A DNA stretch of 52,278 nucleotides from Craspedostauros australis (Eukaryota). Under the pieces are notes generated by a model. The model had not been told where the DNA came from and searched no databases. It worked only from the letters and a program-made list of their open reading frames with translations. Shown here in pieces: positions 9,867 to 21,299 of the stretch. The position numbers were made by a program, and so were the translations under genes. The stretch spans positions 62,001 through 114,278 of the forward strand of contig JALAGF010001309.1 in the NCBI GenBank assembly GCA_030167865.1. The letters run 5' to 3'. How positions within the stretch are numbered: the first letter of the stretch is position 1; each line of letters starts with the position of its first letter.

Positions 9867-12800
9867 CTAAAACCCGGCAAGCCGAAAGAGGGATGGCAGT
9901 ATGCCATCATCTGGGCGCTGTTCCGACGTTGCGCAGAAGACCAACAGATCATCGACTGCATCTGATGCACGGGAGAGATCATCCGAGATGACGGAGAATT
10001 GATTGTGCGCTTCGTCATCGTCGTCGTCATCGAAGTTATCCATCGCATATGGCGATTGGCGAATCGCAAGGGCCGTCGTTGTTCCGCGTCGCAAAGGATC
10101 ATCATCATGGCGCAATTCGCATTCGTAAAACTGTTCGGAATGTGGCTGCTGCTGCTGCTGCGGAAAGATGCTGTACGTGCTGTGCTTTTCGGTTGTGTGC
10201 TTGAGCCGTTCCGCCAATGTCGTGAGAGGCTTGCGACGCTTGCAGTCCACGCCAGCGTGGTCTGGAAGGAACCAATCGTACTTGGGAGTGTAGAACGAGT
10301 TGAACGAGTCGTCCGCACCACTGGTGTAGCTTCTATCCTGATCTCCCTCGTCGTCGCCATCATCCTCAGAGAGGAAGACGATCTCGATCTCAGATCGCGG
10401 CGATGATGATTGATCATGCGGCCCCCTGAGGTTGGAGGATGTCCATGTTCCCGATGCCTCTGATTGGTTGCGTGATGAAGCAAATCGTGCCTCCGTCAAC
10501 GGGTTGACTGTGCTCGCACGCGGATAGACTTGGTTGGATGGTGCTGAATTCGATGCGCCAGTGTCCACGAGGACGCCGGGGGACTCGTCTGGCGTGCCTG
10601 TGTGAATGAAGGGAACATCGTCAAGAAAATTCCCTGCGTACACATCACGGAGAGATCCATGTGCCGAGTTGAATTCGTCGTCGTCGTGGTTGCTGCTGGA
10701 CTCCTCCATGGTTGCGTGCATTCGGAGGTCATTGGATTCACTGGTAGGCGTTGCGCTGTGATCGCTGTGCCTGTGTGACGCGGACCCGAGGATCGTTTTG
10801 ACGTAGTCATCATCCATGCGCAGCAATTCATCGATGGAAGATCCTCCGTTGGATGACGAGGCGCTGCGTCCGCTGCTTCGATTGTTGTGCGGGGTGAGCA
10901 GGGATGACGTGTTGTCAAGATGCCGGTGCGTCTTCTGCAGCTTTCGGAGATGACCCCTGGGTCGGGTGTAGGATATGCCCAACTCGTGACCGTCGGGCGA
11001 GACGGACAATTGCGACTTCTCGAATGTGTCCGCCAACATCTCGGAGGTGGGATCGAAGACGATGATCCTTCCTACGATGTCCTGATCCTGCTCGGCGGCG
11101 TTGCGAAGTCGCTGCTTGCTGCTGCGCTGGCGCCTGCGTTCCCTTCCGTCCTCATCAGAGGACGACAGGGAATCGGCATCGTCATCATTGCCAGCTCTGC
11201 CCGGCGACTTTGGAAGTGCGTCGTTGGTGCGACCGATCGCCAATGTCTTGGAGTTGACGACGCTCTCTTTGGCCCCATCCTTGGTTTGGAGGATCTTGTC
11301 GGGGGAGCGCTCGTCCTCTTCTTCGTCGCTGGAGAGACCACTGGTGACACCAACGTTATCAACATCAACGTTATCAACAACATCAACGTTATCAACATCA
11401 TCAACGTCGTCATCTTGCATGGTCTGGATGGTGTCCAACTCGGGGTGTTGGATACCGATGACGCTGCTGAAGAAGAAGCTTTCATCCTGTGACGAGACAT
11501 CATCCGTGAACATGGCTGGCACATCCATGCGATCATGATTCTGCGTCCTGCGGTGTTTGGATGGATCGTTGAGCTGTGAGTGTTGATCTGCTGTGGTGTT
11601 GGCGGTCATGGCGCATGCGTTCTTGTCCAAGATGGTGCCGGTGATGTTGGCAGGCTGGACGTTTGGATTCTGGTTCTCGCCATCTGGTTGGAACTCGACG
11701 ATCCCGACCTCCGAATCATCATCCTGCATGTAATGTGCCACAATGACATCACGCCTTCGCTGTTCTTCCTCCTCCTTTTGTTGTCGTTGCTGCAGCTGCT
11801 GTGCTGTTGGAGATGGTTCCGAGTTCGATTCCATGTCCGTGGAGTGCTGGGGTTGATCCACAAGTTCGAGGAACTTCATTTGCGTCTTCTTTGTCTTCTG
11901 CTGCGTGACGGCGTCGGTGGCTTCCTTCGTCCTCCGTTTCTGGATGGACTTCTTGAACTTCTTGCGCAGCGAGTGCACCATCTTCTTCACGCCTCTTTTG
12001 CTGTTGTTGGCAGGGTTGATGTTTGCAGCGTCATGCTGTTGCTGGTGCTGCGGGCGAAGACGATGGAGGCGTGGTGTCGAAGGCGTTGATGTAGAAGTCG
12101 TTTGTTTGTGAGCGGTAGATTGCGGAACGGGTTTGACCTTGGATGTCGCGGGCGTTGGTGTCTGATCATTGGCGGGGTTTTCACGCTCGGTGTTGAAATT
12201 GATGCCAGCCGTGGCTACGGTTGCTGGTGTTGGCGGCGTTGCAGGTGGAGACGTCAATGTGGGTATGAGAACGGAACGATTTGGCTGCGACCGCGACTGC
12301 AGGAGTGGTTGCTGCGAGGAAGAGAAGGAGGACGGCGATGACGGTGGTGACGATGGAACCGGAAAGGAACCTTTTGGTCGCTTTCGGAAGATGGAATTGC
12401 CTTTGCCCCACCGCAACGTTGGGAAACGTCTCCCCACTTGCTGCTGCTGTTGCTGCCGTTGCCTCAGTTGATGCTTCTCGCGCTGATGGTGGTGATGATC
12501 ATGATGATGCTCCTGCCGCTTCTTCTGCTTGCGCTCGCGACGAACTTGCTTTCTGTGAGACCGAAAGTCCCTCTGTTGCTGTGATTGTGCGTACATATTG
12601 AAGTTGTAGGCCTGCGTTGTGAACGTTTGCGCGCCCGTCTCGGGAGAGTTGCTGCAATTGCTCGCGTCGCAAGTGGGCGATGGGTCGCTTGTGGTCGACG
12701 AGGCTGACGACGAAGCCGAAGATGATGACGACGACGAGGACGTCGCCGTGAGCGCGTGGAGAATTGCGCCTTCCGCACTGTTGGCGAGGATCGGAGCAAT

Positions 12801-12938
12801 GTCGTTCGTCTGTGTACGGGTATGTGTACGGGTATGTGTACGGGTATGTGTACGCGTCTTTGTACTCGTATGCTTTCCGGACAGCTGAGGCCAAATGTCT
12901 GCTGGTGGTGGAAGGTCTGCCTCTGGCTGGGTCTCCAT
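9867..12938 (-). CDS. Long low-complexity, probably disordered hypothetical protein (~1023 aa)
   Basis: 3.1 kb uninterrupted ORF with first ATG at 12938; poly-S/Q/H/D tracts and basic clusters; no recognisable domain. Confidence 0.75.
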   Translation of the reverse strand: METQPEADLPPPADIWPQLSGKHTSTKTRTHTRTHTRTHTRTQTNDIAPILANSAEGAILHALTATSSSSSSSSASSSASSTTSDPSPTCDASNCSNSPETGAQTFTTQAYNFNMYAQSQQQRDFRSHRKQVRRERKQKKRQEHHHDHHHHQREKHQLRQRQQQQQQVGRRFPTLRWGKGNSIFRKRPKGSFPVPSSPPSSPSSFSSSQQPLLQSRSQPNRSVLIPTLTSPPATPPTPATVATAGINFNTERENPANDQTPTPATSKVKPVPQSTAHKQTTSTSTPSTPRLHRLRPQHQQQHDAANINPANNSKRGVKKMVHSLRKKFKKSIQKRRTKEATDAVTQQKTKKTQMKFLELVDQPQHSTDMESNSEPSPTAQQLQQRQQKEEEEQRRRDVIVAHYMQDDDSEVGIVEFQPDGENQNPNVQPANITGTILDKNACAMTANTTADQHSQLNDPSKHRRTQNHDRMDVPAMFTDDVSSQDESFFFSSVIGIQHPELDTIQTMQDDDVDDVDNVDVVDNVDVDNVGVTSGLSSDEEEDERSPDKILQTKDGAKESVVNSKTLAIGRTNDALPKSPGRAGNDDDADSLSSSDEDGRERRRQRSSKQRLRNAAEQDQDIVGRIIVFDPTSEMLADTFEKSQLSVSPDGHELGISYTRPRGHLRKLQKTHRHLDNTSSLLTPHNNRSSGRSASSSNGGSSIDELLRMDDDYVKTILGSASHRHSDHSATPTSESNDLRMHATMEESSSNHDDDEFNSAHGSLRDVYAGNFLDDVPFIHTGTPDESPGVLVDTGASNSAPSNQVYPRASTVNPLTEARFASSRNQSEASGTWTSSNLRGPHDQSSSPRSEIEIVFLSEDDGDDEGDQDRSYTSGADDSFNSFYTPKYDWFLPDHAGVDCKRRKPLTTLAERLKHTTEKHSTYSIFPQQQQQPHSEQFYECELRHDDDPLRRGTTTALAIRQSPYAMDNFDDDDDDEAHNQFSVISDDLSRASDAVDDLLVFCATSEQRPDDGILPSLFRLAGF
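12811..12854. repeat. 12-bp tandem repeat (TGTGTACGGGTA) x3.7, encoding (THTR)n on the minus strand
   Basis: Read directly. Confidence 0.9.
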
Positions 12939-15900
12939 TATTTGATACTCTGGCCTGGTGTTGTCTCCAGACGTCGTGGTCACTCGCTGTGTTGCTGCTC
13001 TTGACACAGTTGTTGTTGTTGTTGTTGCTTGCGGTACTACGCGCTGTTGCTACCACGATTCCAACTCCAGCTCTGGCGTGTTGCGTGCTACGCTGCCGCT
13101 GTTGTTGTTGCTGGGAGGGTCGGGATGAAGTTCGGCGCCAGTCACAACAGCGGAGTGAAGCGTTTGAATCTGGCGTTTTTCTGGTTTTATGTGTGAAGCA
13201 CGACTTGTGTTGTGTTGGTGTGGCACTGCACCGTTCTGTCGCCAAATCGCCAACGATGAATGAGTAATGTGATGGATCCGTCTCTCTTGGGTTAGCTCGT
13301 GCTTTGCGAGTATGACGACGAGGGTACCAACGACAACGACAACGACACCACAGCACAGACGATGAAGATAGTGGTGGCAGTAGTGGTGGTGGTCGCTGTG
13401 ATGCTTCCCAATGAACTTTCAGTACTGCCGACTTCTCGAGGAGGTGCTAGTTGTGCCTACCTTTGTTGCGGTGGCCCAGGTCCTGAATGACCCTCTGCTG
13501 CGGCTGTTGGGGGACGAGGCTGAGAATCCTCCAACCCAACTGGAAGTCTGGCTCGACCCACGTGGAAGAGCGGACGCAAATGCGAGCCTGGTGCGCACCC
13601 AACCAGATTCAGCTTCGCCGTGAAACCCCAGTGATGCAAAGCAAGCAAGCACGCGCTGCCAACCAACCCACGACAAGCACGCACAGAGCTCTTTTGCACT
13701 GTGGATCGGGTTCTCAAAAGTGCGCCCGAGTGACGCGATTCTCCTTGGCGCGCGATGTTCGGCTTCGTGTTCAGTGGTCGGCAAACGCTGCAAGAGCAAG
13801 CGTCAACGATGGCAACGAGCAAACCGCTTCTCTGGCTTGGATCGCTCTTGGATTGTTTCGTTTCTCTTGGCTTTTCTTTGTCTTGTGTTGGTTTGTTGGA
13901 ACACAGCTGTTCTCTATCTTGTGGACTATTGGAGAGATCGATCGATGGCAGTGGTCGAATTGTGATGGATGAACAAATGAATGGATCAATGAATCAATGA
14001 GAATACGACAGTAATGGCAGCGTCGAGCAGCGTACTGGCGCGCGGTCGCATGAGAGAAACAGGAGAGGGCAGTGGATGGTTGAATGAGCGTTGTGTTGGG
14101 TATGAACACACCACACTCATCCGCGCGCTTCCACTTGAAGTTGCACTTGCGCTAAGATGGAGGATGCTCGTTGTGTTTTCTGTTCTTTGTCCCGCACACA
14201 CAAGGCATGCGTGGCGCGCACAAATACTCACTTGCTGTCCGTGTCTTGGTGGATTGGCTCTCTCGGGCAGTGTGGATGTCCGTGCACCACTCTCCGACTC
14301 CAACTCTTCGGCGCCCAGGATGCGAGCCTGTGACGCAAACACGGTCCAGAGAGAGGGATCCAATCAAGAAAAGGAGCTCCGGCCGAAATTGGAAACGGTG
14401 ACGCTCCCTCTCTTGCGCACGGTAGCGGCGACAGAATCTCCGTTTGCGAGACCGCCGAATCAAACTTTTGGCTTTCCGGGTTGCGCTTGCTCGGTTGTTT
14501 TGGTGTGTGTTTGTGTCTTTGTCCCTTGCCATCTCATGACGTTGTTCTCGTTCTGGGGTTTTGCGCACTTCGCAACCGTTGTGCCAGTACCTTCACTCCC
14601 TTCGTTGGAAGATCTCCTCTTCTGGAATCCCACAACAATTGCGAAACACATGAAGCAACCCGTGCAACAACCATCGCCCATCGCTTTCTCACTCGCAAAA
14701 CCTCTTCCATCCAAACAACACATCATCAACAACATCGACAGCATCGACAACATCGACACATCACAAAATAGTCCACTCCATCCAGACAACTTGCGCCACG
14801 GACGACAATTCACCTCACTGATCACTAATTTTGTCCACACCCTCGACAATCCATCGGCAATCGATTGGCCTAATAATTCCCACAATTTTGTTTCGACAGT
14901 TCCAACCCTCCGAACGTTATCAACAGTTAAAGATAACGGCAATTGGAATTGGGGACTCCCCATCGATTTGATTGGAATACATTTAGTCGATGTGATCGTA
15001 AGTCCGGTTGAATGTCGGACGTGCAATAACCATGACTCGGAGACATGATCCACAGTTAGAGTTTTTAGATCAAGCTAGACGGAACATGACACGATATTGA
15101 TTGCAACGAAGCAAGACGTTGCATGATGCGTTGCCAACGCAACAAGTTCGCATGTTAATGACCTTTGTTCTCCTGTATCTCAACATACGCATCAGCCACG
15201 AATACAAGCAGTCGAATGGACGTCTCAATCATTGATGGTCATTGGCGCGACAGAAGCACCACGATGCGTGCGGAGTGGTGCGATCGGAGAGTAAGTAAGC
15301 GTTGCTGCGCAGCTAATTGTGGAGTGTGGGCATTGAGTACGTACAGTAGTTGGTAACTGTGTTCCTTCTTCATCCACCGCTCCGCGAGTATCCTGCTCTG
15401 CACTTCCGTCTCCTCCGATGGAACTCTCTTGATTGAGGTGAGCACCGCCTCTGTTGCGAGTTTCAGTGATGATACGACAGCAGCTGCCACAAAATAGAAT
15501 TTCGAAGACTACTCTTTGCAAGACGTTGGATCGTGTTGGGGACATCACAAAGGACTGTCGCGATCCAAGAATGCCGTGAACGTTCGGTTGGAGGCAGGAG
15601 AGGCTCTGCCGCTCATTCAGTCAACTCTTCCTTCGAGCAATACTATGAGCATTGCCACCATTGATGTGTCGGATGTGGACCTATTAGGCGAAGAGACGAA
15701 GCTGCATTTCGACGTTTGAGGTTAAAACAGGCGGGATATCCGTTACTCGACCCTCACAATTGATAGAGCAATCGTACATCGCCAGCAGATTTGGCAGTTG
15801 CTCCAGAGATGCGGTCTCACCATCCACAGTATCCATCTCTTGTTTGTCAAGCGCCCTCTTCTGCTTGTCTCGATTCTAATCACAGGCTTCTCTTTGTTCT

Positions 15901-16774
15901 CACCTTCCAGTATGGTAGTATTAGTAGAGTAGATGGCATGGACGTCCCATCCTGTTCCATGCTCATCCTATCTTCCCACAAAAGACAGATACAGGAGTCG
16001 ACAAACCCGTCCAATCGGCGCACCAGCAATGCGTTCTCATGAGCGCAGAGTACCCTCTGTCTGTTGTCACTGAGTTGGCCGTCCCTGCTTGTTTCTCCTC
16101 TTTTCGTTCCCGTCACACGACGATGCATTCTTGGTGCTAATCCGCGAAAGACGCCCGCCCCGCTTGCAGTTCGTTCACAGGAACGACCCAAAATCAAAGC
16201 CCCATAAGTGAAATGGATGTTTCGTGCGGGATGAAAAATTTGACCGTCGCGAAGTTCTGGTTGCACTTGGTAAATCTGGACGCTTTACACATGAATGTGA
16301 CGGATGGAGGACGTCGTGTTGGTGGCACAGTTGGTAACTCGAAAACGTAGCACATGGACATGCATCGGTTGGTATACGCGTTCCAATCTTGTGAAATGAT
16401 AGAATTTTGGCGCCGCCATTTCACAATTTGGTGCGCATTTGTGATGTTCCCAACAAAATCGTGATAGTGCAAGGTGTCTGTGCCCAACACCAAAGACAGA
16501 CGCAACCACAGAGTGGCGACAATCGCAACACAAAGGAGAGAGAATGCATCCGAACCGCATCCACCCGCACAAACGATTGTTCATAAAGACAGCACCAAGA
16601 AGCAGAACATCAGTGGACATCTACCATCGTTGCTACTCGCCACAAAACAAAAGCCAGCATCAGGCACAGCAAGCGTACTCGAAGCCAAGAGGGATCATCA
16701 TCACAGCAGTGGCTCCACCCCAGGTCATTCCCGAATTGGACCACACACATCGTTCTCCTGTAGTTGCATCCGAC

Positions 16775-16832
16775 AACAAGAATAGCAACAAGAATAGCAA
16801 TAGCAAGAATAGCAATAGCAAGGATAGCAAGA
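16775..16832. repeat. Imperfect AAGAATAGC/AATAGC tandem repeat immediately upstream of ATG 16838
   Basis: Read directly. Confidence 0.8.
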
Positions 16833-16837
16833 AGACA

Positions 16838-19800
16838 ATGCCGTCCTTCGCATCATCGTCCGCACTGCTCGGGTGCCTGATGGCATCCCTCACACTGAGC
16901 AGCATGCTGCGAACGACGGCCGCGCAGGACGTCAGCGCCATCCGCGTGCTCTCCAGCAGCACGGGCTCCACCAACAAGATCGAATCGCTGTTCGAGATCG
17001 AATACACCAGCGCCTTCGACACCCCCGTTGGAATCGCCAAGGCCGTCAGGGCGCTCGTGGACTCGTACAACGACCTCGTGGAGGACGAATTCGCCAACCC
17101 CTTCCAGGCGGAGATGGATGAGATGGATCTTCTGCAGGTCTTCGATGGCAACCGGCGGCTGCTGCAGGTCAGCGATGCCCTCAAGGAGCCGGATCATTCG
17201 CACCGCGCCTTGCAGACGTCCTCGGAGCCGCACGTCTACAAAGTGCGGGCCATGGGAGTTGGCACCTGCTCTGGCTGCGATTCGCTCTTCCAATTCACCA
17301 GCGACGACATGGACGACCTCCCAACGGAAGACGAGCTCCTCGAGGCTTACGCCGATGATGTCGAAGACCTGCACCTCGGTATCAGCGTCACCGATCTGGA
17401 GGAACACCCAGACTCCAGCGGCGGCAAGGGCAAAGGAAAGGGATCCAAGGGCGGTTCCAACGGCTCTGGCGGCAACAACGGCAACAACGGCAAGCACGGC
17501 AAGTCCCTTTCCTGCACTCCGGAGCGAAACGCCAACGACGGGTTCTCCTCCTTCTTCTTCAACCTCTTCACCAACGAACTGGCCGTCGCGCTGGGTGTCG
17601 AGGTCGCAGGAAAGGCGCTGGCTCAGGCCTACAATGAGCTCGTTCAGGAGTACGAGAATCCCTTCCAAGCCAGGATGGACGAATCCGCGATCGTCGACGA
17701 GAGCGGTCGCCGCCTGACGGACGAGGACCTCAGACGCAACCTCCAGCAGCTGCCAACCTTCACAGCCTTCTCCATCGGAATTGGATCCTGCTTCAGCTGC
17801 GGTAGCTCGTTCCGCTTCACCAACGACATCACTTTCCAGCGAGAGCTCAAGTCCAACAAGAGTGACAAGAGCGATAAGAGCGACAAGAGCACCAGCTACA
17901 GCTCACCGTCATCTCCCAGCCGAAACAGCAAGAGCGACAAGAACGGCAAGAACGGCAAGAGCTCGAAAACCAGCAAGGAATGCCCTGAGCTCCTCCCAGG
18001 CTTGCCAACTGAGGAAGAGCTCCGAGTCGCCTACGACCGCGTTCTCGTGGAGATTGCGGCGGACCAATTCGATGCCATTCTGGTGCTGGAGGAGCTTGAC
18101 GCAGTAAGTAAACTTTGTGCGCAACATGTGTCGTTGTGGCGTTGATGTGCGGTTAAGATTCCGCAAACACTTGGGCCGATGTTGGAAAGAGTGTCCATTC
18201 TCCTCTATGCTCTGGTTTGATGAGCGAACCATGGGTTGCTGTCATGCCCGAATGCCAAGCCGCAAGCCTTGTCACCAACACTCACTCTTTTCATCTTTCA
18301 CCCCCATTGCGTCACGTACTTGTTTCACCGCGGGCCACACCAACACACCGTATACACGCGCTCTTCATTACGCACACCGTCCATCCCACAGCTTCCAACC
18401 TCCCACCCAACGTTTGCGCCAACCAAGTCGACCAAAGCGCCCAAGGGCGGAGGACCCAACGGCCCGTCCGAGCCATCCATGCCATCTGGGCCATCCATGC
18501 CGTCCGGTCCATCTGGGCCATCCGGTCCATCCATGCCGTCCGGTCCATCTGGGCCATCCGGTCCATCCATGCCGTCTGGTCCATCTTCGCCAGGAAAGGG
18601 AAAGGGCAAGGGCACCAAGTCTGGACCAACAACGCCCTCCGGTCCGTCGGGCCCATCGGGTCCGTCTGGTCCATCCGGCCCATCACACCCCACTGGCCCA
18701 TCGATGACGGCTGCCCCGTCTGGCCCGTCTGGTCCATCGCACCCCACCGGCCCATCGATGACGGCCACTCCATCTGGTCCATCCGGTCCATCCGGCCCAT
18801 CCTCGCCAGGAAAGGGCACCAAATCCGGACCAACAACTCCGTCCGGTCCATCCGGTCCATCCGGCCCATCCTCGCCAGGAAAGGGCACCAAATCCGGACC
18901 AGCAACTCCGTCCGGTCCATCCGGTCCATCCGGCCCGTCTTCGTCAGGAAAGGGCACCAAATCCGGACCAGCAACCCCAACTGGCAAGGGCAACAAGTCT
19001 GACTCTTCCGGCAAGGGTGCTAAATCTGATTCCTCTGGGAAGGGAGACAAGTCTGATTCTTCTGGAAAGGGCACGAAGGTGGCACCACCAAAGGAATATC
19101 CCCTCATCCGCAGCGACAAGTCATCGAAGGATTCCAAGAGCTCCGGGAAGGGTAAGGGAACCAACAAGAAAAAGAGCGACAAGAGTGGCTCACCCGCGCC
19201 ATCCACGAAGAGCGGCGGCAAGAGCGCCAAATCGGAACCTTCAGGTCCATCTGGTACACCGTCTGGTGAGGGCAAAGGCAAGGGCGCAAAGGTTGCATCC
19301 TCCAAGGACTACCCGCTGATCCGCGACGACGAAGGCAAGGGTAAGGGCAAAGGTAACAAGTCAGGCCCCAGCGCACCAGCCGGGCCGTCCGGACCAACCA
19401 AGAGCAACAAATCTGAACCGTCTGGACCTTCAGGCCCATCGATGCCGTCAGGTCCTTCAGCCCCTGGCGGGCCACCAACACCATCTGGTCCTTCAGCTCC
19501 AGCCGGACCAAGCAAGAGCAACAAGTCTGGACCGTCCGGCCCGTCTGGACCCTCAGGCCCATCGATGCCGTCAGGTCCTTCAGCCCCTGGCGGACCACCA
19601 ACACCATCAGGTCCTTCAGCTCCAGCCGGACCATCAGGCCCATCGATGCCAGCTGGACCAAGCAAGAGCAACAAGTCTGGACCCTCTGGACCATCCGGCC
19701 CGTCTGGTCCATCCATGCCGGCAGGACCATCTCATCCATCGGGTCCATCTCAACCATCAGGCCCATCTCAGCCATCAGGTCCATCTCAGCCATCGGGTCC

Positions 19801-20140
19801 ATCCCACCCATCGGGTCCATCTCAACCATCGGGTCCATCTCAACCATCGGGTCCATCCCACCCATCAGGTCCATCTCAACCATCGGGTCCATCGATGCCA
19901 TCAAACCCATCTGGCCCATCAATGCCATCTGGACCAAGCCCCAAGGGTCCATCTCACCCATCGGGTCCATCCCAACCTTCTAGTCCTACAGGGCCATCGC
20001 AACCAGCGGGCCCATCCGGCCCATCAGCCCCGGGCAAGGGCGCCAAGGCATCGTCGGGCAGGGACTACCCGCTGATCCGTGAAAGCGACGAATCAAAGAG
20101 CACCAAGGATAGCTCACGCCGTCGTGTGCGTTTGGCTTAG
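16838..20140 (+). CDS. Secreted silaffin-like/collagen-like extracellular protein, ~1004 aa; exons 16838-18103 and 18392-20140
   Basis: Signal peptide MPSFASSSALLGCLMASLTLSSMLRTTAA; RXL motifs (RVL, RRL, RAL, RNL, REL); KXXK blocks; (GPS)n tracts. The phase-0 intron 18104-18391 (GTAAGT...CACAG) joins ELDA|LPTSHPT in frame and links two ORF-track entries. Confidence 0.85.
18460..20035 (+). repeat. Coding tandem repeats: Gly-Pro-Ser triplets, PSGPS[MHQ] hexapeptides, KSDSSGKG and PGKGTKSGP units
   Basis: Read directly from the DNA and the translation; synonymous variation between units. Confidence 0.95.
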
Positions 20141-21299
20141 AAAAAGGTGTGGTACGAGTGTTCCATGGCACAGCACAGCTAGAGACAATGAACAAAACAA
20201 CCGCGCCGCCAGTGGCATAAGCATGAAGGCGGAAGCAAACGAGCCACCTGCCAGTTTCATCTCTCTCTGAGAGAAAAGGTCTTCATCCTGTAAATGTATA
20301 CTATTCCTATTAATGTTCTCATCGTTACGATTCAAACTTGGTAGGATCTGTTGACAACATGTTATATTTGTATTTGAAGGTCAGCCGCAGCGTACGGGCA
20401 CGGACGCGTGCATTTCTTTCGTCCATTGGTTCATCCCTCCGGTGCAAACGCCAATCAAAACGCATCTCTCTGTTGCTGCCGGTATTGTTGTTTGTTTCGT
20501 GTTCGGTCTAATGTTACAGTTTTAATTACTGGGTCTACAAATTGGATGAATCGCAATGTCCAATCCATGTAGTGGCACGGTCCACGAGGAAGAGCAACGC
20601 GCAGGACGAGGAATGTTCAAGATTGCTCGAATGCTTGTTGTTGCCCTTGCACCTCTATTTGATCGTGCTTTGGGGTTTTGTTTTTCGAATGTGTTGCGTT
20701 GGCGTGGAGTCCCAGCATGTGCGGTCAACAATCAGCGTCATGCTGAAGGCTGGTCTCCAGGCGGGTTCACACACAGATTCTTCTATTTCTCTGCGGTTTT
20801 CTGTATTGGTGGTGGTGGATATGTAGGTCGACAATGGACTGTCAACCTAACGGGATGGATGCACGGTTCGTGCTTGGTGGCGCACAAACTGCAGAGAATG
20901 CATCTTGGGTGGTGGCGGCGCTGGTATTGGCGGGCATGACACGGCGGATCGAGACGTTTCGTATGTGCTGATCGTGCGCATTTGATTCTCGGCCTCATCG
21001 ATGATGGATGTAACACCTGCTCCGTTCGGCGGGGCGACTGGATGATGTCCTCGTCAGGACGCGGAGGGTGGCGCGTTGCACGTACCTCAGCGTTGCTGTC
21101 GTTCAATCGGGCGGATGGAGCCTGCTGAAGGCCGACGCAAGAGCGTGCGACGGACGAAGCTCGGCATCTCAAGCCGTTGGTCGATGGCTTGCATGCGTTG
21201 GGACGGTGTCGGTCGTTTCCTGATCCGTAGATGCTGAACAACCGGCCAGGTGGATGTGACGAAGCATGGTCCGGGTATCTGGATACTGGTTGCAAGCAG

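Noticed and set aside
14014-15048. 344-aa ORF on the + strand
   Set aside because: No coding codon bias or recognisable motif; composition matches local promoter/intergenic low-complexity DNA.
15239-15662. Minus-strand frame with three internal stops that reads vaguely protein-like
   Set aside because: No recognisable homology; too weak to call a pseudogene.
16544-16837. In-frame upstream ATG adding 98 aa (including NKNS repeats) to the secreted protein
   Set aside because: It would bury the clear signal peptide at 16838; probably 5'UTR or promoter, though not excluded.
18312-19970. Minus-strand ORFs with GPD and MD repeats
   Set aside because: Antisense shadows of the GPS-repeat coding strand.
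18460-20035. Regular repeats as a possible CRISPR array
   Set aside because: No unique spacers, in-frame coding repeats, eukaryotic context and no cas genes.
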